Positions 57,787 to 64,000 of a DNA stretch of 64,000 nucleotides are shown piece by piece (the first letter of the stretch is position 1; the number at the start of each line of letters is the position of its first letter). Position numbers and translations under genes: made by a program. The notes under the pieces were generated by a model, which had not been told where the DNA came from, searched no databases, and worked only from the letters and a program-made list of their open reading frames with translations. The DNA comes from an uncultured Acidobacteriota bacterium (GTDB lineage: Bacteria; Acidobacteriota; Vicinamibacteria; Vicinamibacterales; 2-12-FULL-66-21). The stretch lies in NCBI GenBank assembly GCA_963740275.1, contig CAVUDT010000007.1:124103-188102 (forward strand), in the 5' to 3' direction.

Positions 57787-58719
57787 ATGACACGGCTGCT
57801 TTTTGCGTTGACCATCGTCGCGACCCTGACCGGGGCCGAACGGCGGCAGGATCCGGGCGCGCCGCCGGCGGCGGGCCCGATGCTGAAGATCGACGCCGTG
57901 GCCATCGACCGCAACGGCGCGCCGGTGACCGACCTCGGCAAGGGTGACGTCGAGGTCTGGATCGGCGGCTACCGCGTACCGGTCGAGTTCCTGGCGGTCG
58001 CCGGACCTGACGACCCCGACGGCAGCGGCCGCTCGATCGTGCTGCTGCTCGACGACCTGACGATCCAGCCGGCGATGGTGCTGCGGGTCCGCGAGGTGGC
58101 GCGGCGGTTCATCAACCGGATGGCTCCCGGCGACGAGATCGCGATCGCGCCGCTGAACGGCGAGATCAGCAGGGCCACCGGCGACCCGACGGTGCTTCTC
58201 CGGAGCCTGGAGCGGTACAACCTGCGGCCGACGAGCGCCGACCGTCCCGACACCGTGGCGGAACAGGTCCTGAATACGGTGACGGTGATCTCGCGGCAGC
58301 TGACCGAGGCCCCCGCCCGGCGACGGGCGATCGTCGCCATCGGCGCGTCGTGGCTGTTCGACACGCCGATCCCGCCCCCCTCGGTCAGCCGGAACCTGCG
58401 GACCGAATGGGTCGAAGCGATGCGGGCAATGGGGACCGCCAACGTTGCCCTTTACGTCATCGACCCGACCGGCGTCGGGGTGCGGGCCTCGGCGGGATCG
58501 AGCGGCTTCGCGCGCGACAGCGGCGGACACGCGTTCGTGAACAGCAACGACATGAACGCCGCCGTGGACCAGATCCTCCGCGAGATGGTGACCTACTACA
58601 CCATCGGCGTCGTGGACCCGCCGGTGTTCCGGAACGCTGATCTCCGGGAGCTCGACGTCCGGGCGCTGCGGCGCGACGTCACCGTGAGGGCCAGGCGCGC
58701 TCTTCCGGGACAGCGGTAG
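57787..58719 (+). CDS. VWA-domain protein (acidobacterial VWFA-related)
   Basis: Signal peptide; IDAVAIDRNGAPVTDL; IVLLLDDL; NVALYVIDP.G; FARDSGG; YYTIG; VRARR. Confidence 0.8.
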   Translation: MTRLLFALTIVATLTGAERRQDPGAPPAAGPMLKIDAVAIDRNGAPVTDLGKGDVEVWIGGYRVPVEFLAVAGPDDPDGSGRSIVLLLDDLTIQPAMVLRVREVARRFINRMAPGDEIAIAPLNGEISRATGDPTVLLRSLERYNLRPTSADRPDTVAEQVLNTVTVISRQLTEAPARRRAIVAIGASWLFDTPIPPPSVSRNLRTEWVEAMRAMGTANVALYVIDPTGVGVRASAGSSGFARDSGGHAFVNSNDMNAAVDQILREMVTYYTIGVVDPPVFRNADLRELDVRALRRDVTVRARRALPGQR

Positions 58720-58746
58720 CACGGCCATGATCGCCGGGCGACGACC

Positions 58747-59163
58747 ATGACCCTCGTGTTCTATGACGGCGTATGCGGGCTGTGCGACCGCTTCGTCCGT
58801 TTTCTGCTGGCACGCGATCCGGCCGGACGGATCCGCTTCGCCCAGCTTCAGGGTGAGCTGGCGCGGCGTGAACTGGTGCCGCAGGGGTTCGACCCGACGG
58901 ACCTCGATTCGATCTTCGTGATCGCCGACTGGCGCTCACCGCGACAACGCGTGCTCACCCGATCAGCGGCGGTCCTTTATGCGGTCGCGCACGTGGGGAC
59001 GCCGTGGAACGGCCTGGCACGCATCGCCCAGCTCGTTCCGGCCGCGATCGCCGATCGGGTCTACCGGTTGATCGCCAGCCGGCGCTACCGGATGTTCGGG
59101 CAACTCGACGTCTGCCCGATGCCGCGCCCCGAGTGGCGCAACCGGTTTCTCGACCAGGCATGA
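58747..59163 (+). CDS. DCC1-like thiol-disulfide oxidoreductase (DUF393)
   Basis: FYDGVCGLC; FAQLQG; YRLIASRRYRMFG..C. Confidence 0.9.
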   Translation: MTLVFYDGVCGLCDRFVRFLLARDPAGRIRFAQLQGELARRELVPQGFDPTDLDSIFVIADWRSPRQRVLTRSAAVLYAVAHVGTPWNGLARIAQLVPAAIADRVYRLIASRRYRMFGQLDVCPMPRPEWRNRFLDQA

Positions 59164-59924
59164 CGCGGCAGAACGACTTCCACCACGACATCCTGAACGA
59201 GTCGGCGCACCGCCCATGGCCCATGCCGGCGGGAGCGTGGCTGATGACGCAGACGTGGCACGACCTGCTGTTCGCGCACTGGCGGGTGGCCGAGGAGGTT
59301 CTGCGCGCACGGGTGCCGGCGCCGTTCGAGATCGACCAGTTCGAAGGGGCGTCGTTCGTCGGCGTGGTCCCCTTTCGCATGACCAACGTCGCGCCGCGAG
59401 GCGTCCCGGCCCTGCCGTGGATCTCCGCGTTTCCCGAGCTCAACGTCCGCACCTACGTTCGCTGCAACGGCCGGCCCGGGGTCTACTTCTTCAGCCTGGA
59501 TGCCACCAACCCGGTAGCGGTCGGGATCGCGCGCGCGCTGGTGCACCTTCCCTACTTCACGGCGGCGATGGCGTGCGAAACGGCGGACGGCTGGGTCGCG
59601 TATCGCAGCGAGCGCGCCGGCGCGGAAGGGGCGGCGAAATTCTCCGGGCGCTACCGGCCGACGGGTCCGCCACACGCCCCGGCCACGGGGACGCTGGAGC
59701 ACTTTCTCACCGAGCGATATTGCCTCTTCACCACCAACAAGGCCGGAGAGCCTTTCAGCCTCGACATTCACCATCCCTCCTGGGCGCTGCAGCCCGCCGA
59801 GGCGGAGATCAGCGTGAATACGATGGCCGCAGCCGCGGGGATCGAACTTCCCGCGACGGTGCCGCTCCTCCACTTTTCGCGGCGGCAGGACATGGTCGGG
59901 TGGGGGCTGCGCCGGGAGCCCTGA
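59160..59924 (+). CDS. YqjF/DUF2071 family protein
   Basis: HRPWP; MTQTWHDLLFAHW; FPELNVRTYV; GVYFFSLDA; FLTERY. Confidence 0.9.
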   Translation: MTRQNDFHHDILNESAHRPWPMPAGAWLMTQTWHDLLFAHWRVAEEVLRARVPAPFEIDQFEGASFVGVVPFRMTNVAPRGVPALPWISAFPELNVRTYVRCNGRPGVYFFSLDATNPVAVGIARALVHLPYFTAAMACETADGWVAYRSERAGAEGAAKFSGRYRPTGPPHAPATGTLEHFLTERYCLFTTNKAGEPFSLDIHHPSWALQPAEAEISVNTMAAAAGIELPATVPLLHFSRRQDMVGWGLRREP

Positions 59925-59927
59925 CGC

Positions 59928-60788
59928 TCAGCGCCGGGCGCGCGGCTGGGTGGCCGCCGCATCGAACCTGGCGGCCAGCGGCGCGAACCGGTCGGTGGGA
60001 CCGGTCCACTGCAGTTCGTCGACCGAGGTGAAGACCGGGATGTCGGTGCGCAAGGTCGCCAGGTCCCGGAACAGGAACGCGTGGTCCCGTTCACGCTCGA
60101 GCGTCTGCGCCAGCGTCGCCGCGCTGGTGGCGTTCACTCGCCATTCCTTCCAGTCGGCGGGAATCAGTTCCAGCCGCTTGAACCTGGCGAGCACGGCCGC
60201 CGCCGACTTAGCCCCCCAGCCGCGCAGCCCGGGATATCCGTCGGCCGAATCCCCCACGAGCGCGAGGTAGTCCGGGATCGACTCCGGCAGCACGCCGAAT
60301 TTCTTGACGACCCCTGCTTCATCCATCTCCAGGTTCGTGCGGCGATTCAACTGCACGATGCGCTCGCCGCGGACGCACTGCGCGAGGTCCTTGTCGGGTG
60401 TGCAGATCAACACCTTCTCGACCCGGGGGTCCGTCCCCGCGCGTACCGCCGCGGCCGCCAGGGCATCGTCGGCCTCGAACTCGATCATCGGCCAGACGCG
60501 CACGCCGAGGGCATCGATCGCTTCTTCGAGAAGGCCGAACTGGGCGAGCAGATCGGGGTCGATGCCGGCGGAGGTCTTGTAGCCGGGCCACATCCGGTTC
60601 CGGAACGACTCGATCACGTGATCGGTCGCCACCCCGACATGGGTGGCGCCGCGGTTCACCATGCCGAGGATCGAGCCGACCACGGCACGTACTGCGCCGA
60701 CTTCGCGTCCGCCGGCGTCCCGCGCCGAAGGGACCGCGTAGAAGTGGCGGAAGAGCTCGTAGGTGCCGTCGACCAGATGAATGTGCAC
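59928..60788 (-). CDS. Stand-alone 5'-3' exonuclease / flap endonuclease (PolA N-terminal-like)
   Basis: HLVDGTYELFRHFY; FRN..PGYK; EADD; DKDL.Q; DYLALVGDSADG.PG..G.G.KSA. Confidence 0.92.
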   Translation of the reverse strand: MHIHLVDGTYELFRHFYAVPSARDAGGREVGAVRAVVGSILGMVNRGATHVGVATDHVIESFRNRMWPGYKTSAGIDPDLLAQFGLLEEAIDALGVRVWPMIEFEADDALAAAAVRAGTDPRVEKVLICTPDKDLAQCVRGERIVQLNRRTNLEMDEAGVVKKFGVLPESIPDYLALVGDSADGYPGLRGWGAKSAAAVLARFKRLELIPADWKEWRVNATSAATLAQTLERERDHAFLFRDLATLRTDIPVFTSVDELQWTGPTDRFAPLAARFDAAATQPRARR

Positions 60789-60802
60789 AGCAGGTAGTCT
60801 AC

Positions 60803-61048
60803 TGTCGGAGTCCCTAGCTCAGCCGTCTCAGCCAGCAGCCGGCATGGAGCCAACGACGATTCGTGCGTACGGCGAAATGGTCAACCTCCTCTGAAAGCGG
60901 GCCGCACGGAAGCGGCTATCAAGCTCGAGATGCTTTGGAACGTTCTTGCCGCCAGGTATGCGTTCTCGCTGCTCTCCGGCTACGCCTGAACCAGGTTTCA
61001 AAAGGCTCACCCTGCCCCAGGGTTTGCCCGGCCCGCCAGCCCCCGACA
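60803..61048. ncRNA. Candidate structured non-coding RNA / leader (family not recognised)
   Basis: The two ends are complementary (TGTCGGAG..CTAGC / GCCAG..CCCCGACA, G-U compatible on the minus strand), with several internal complementary segments; no credible ORF. Confidence 0.3.
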
Positions 61049-61127
61049 CGCCAGTCGCCCCCCCGGATCGAGGATCGACCGCCGGGCGGCTCCTGATCGG
61101 GTAGGATGTGAAATCCCCAGACCAAAC

Positions 61128-63287
<2,160 letters not shown>

Positions 63288-63343
63288 CGGCTTCGATTGT
63301 GGTTCCAGGTTCTACAGTCGACCATCTTCGCTTTGCCACTCCG

Positions 63344-64000
63344 TCAGGGAACCCTGCGAAGGGGGTGCGCTTCGGTGTTGAAGGTCACCTTCTCGAAATC
63401 CAGAGCCTCGGGGGAGAAGAGCAGGTAGAAATACTTCAGCGTCTCGGCCAGCAGGAAGCTGTGCTGAAGGTCTCCCTTCTGTTTGGTCACGACGCTCTGG
63501 AGCACGGTGTAGCCGGTCTCGGTCCGGCAATGCGTCACCAGGTCGCGAAACATCGTCCGGCCCATCTCGAGATAACGCGGGTCCTTCGTGTAGTGCGACA
63601 GGATGTAGGCGGACTCGACGATCTCGGGGCGGAGCTGATAGCCGGGGCGGGTCGCGGTCATCGTGCTGTAGTCGAGCGCCTCGGGCTCGATCCCGTGCAG
63701 CGTCCACATGCGGAACGCCGACTCCTGGAGCCGGCGCGCGCGATCGAGGTCCCCTCCCATCGCGAGCACGCCCGGGAAAAACGCGTGGAGTGAGCCGAAG
63801 GTCGTCCCGGTCCGCTCGCCGGTCGTCATGTCGACCCGGCCGTACCACAGGGCGCCCGAGACCTCCTGGGCGACGTAACGGTTCACCGCGCCGACGCTGG
63901 CGCGGTACATCTCGCCGCACTGCCGGTCGCCGAACAGCCGCTCGCACTTGAGGAGGTACTCGTAGTACGAGTCGATGGCGCCGCCGATGTGGCTGGCTTT
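63344..64000 (-). CDS. Glycoside hydrolase family 47 (alpha-1,2-mannosidase), 5'-truncated by window
   Basis: GGAIDSYYEYLLK; AFFPG; YQLRPEIVES; SFLLAETLKYFYLLF; FNTEAHPL. Confidence 0.9.
   Translation of the reverse strand, partial: KASHIGGAIDSYYEYLLKCERLFGDRQCGEMYRASVGAVNRYVAQEVSGALWYGRVDMTTGERTGTTFGSLHAFFPGVLAMGGDLDRARRLQESAFRMWTLHGIEPEALDYSTMTATRPGYQLRPEIVESAYILSHYTKDPRYLEMGRTMFRDLVTHCRTETGYTVLQSVVTKQKGDLQHSFLLAETLKYFYLLFSPEALDFEKVTFNTEAHPLRRVP

Noticed and set aside
60803-61065. tmRNA, SRP, 6S RNA or c-di-GMP riboswitch
   Set aside because: Only fragments resemble them (GGGGGCGAC, TGAACCAGGTTTCAA, GGCAAACC). There is no T-arm/CCA end, no CCGGAAGG SRP loop, no 6S closing stem and no GACGCAAA P2.

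Overview
High-GC, gene-dense chromosomal window. The gene content points to Acidobacteriota, probably subdivision 6/Vicinamibacteria (inference): PadR plus duplicated MacB/FtsX 'ADOP' permeases, an Oar-type TonB-dependent receptor, an acidobacterial VWA protein, Ser/Thr kinases with PD40 or TPR domains, and DinB and DUF885 proteins. About 50 CDS were found; no rRNA, tRNA, CRISPR array, transposase or integrase was recognised. Highlights: (1) A sugar-acid catabolic locus (13.3-22.2 kb) with an enolase-superfamily dehydratase, a beta-hydroxyacid dehydrogenase, a TBDR, a FadR regulator with a duplicated palindromic operator, a Cys-poor 'U32-like' protein and a KGSA-type aldehyde dehydrogenase. 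The U32-like protein may fill the missing 2-keto-3-deoxy-acid step. (2) Intergenic heptamer/21-mer tandem arrays and REP-like palindromes, densest at 51.4-55.7 kb, including a ~123-bp duplication that copies a gene 3' end. (3) A ~245-nt candidate structured RNA upstream of a stand-alone 5'-3' exonuclease. (4) A sulfatase-FKBP-TPR fusion, a subclass B3 metallo-beta-lactamase, a GH47 mannosidase and two paralogous HEXXH proteins. Several single-base frameshifts look like long-read consensus errors rather than true pseudogenes. All calls come from motif recognition by eye; no database search was run.
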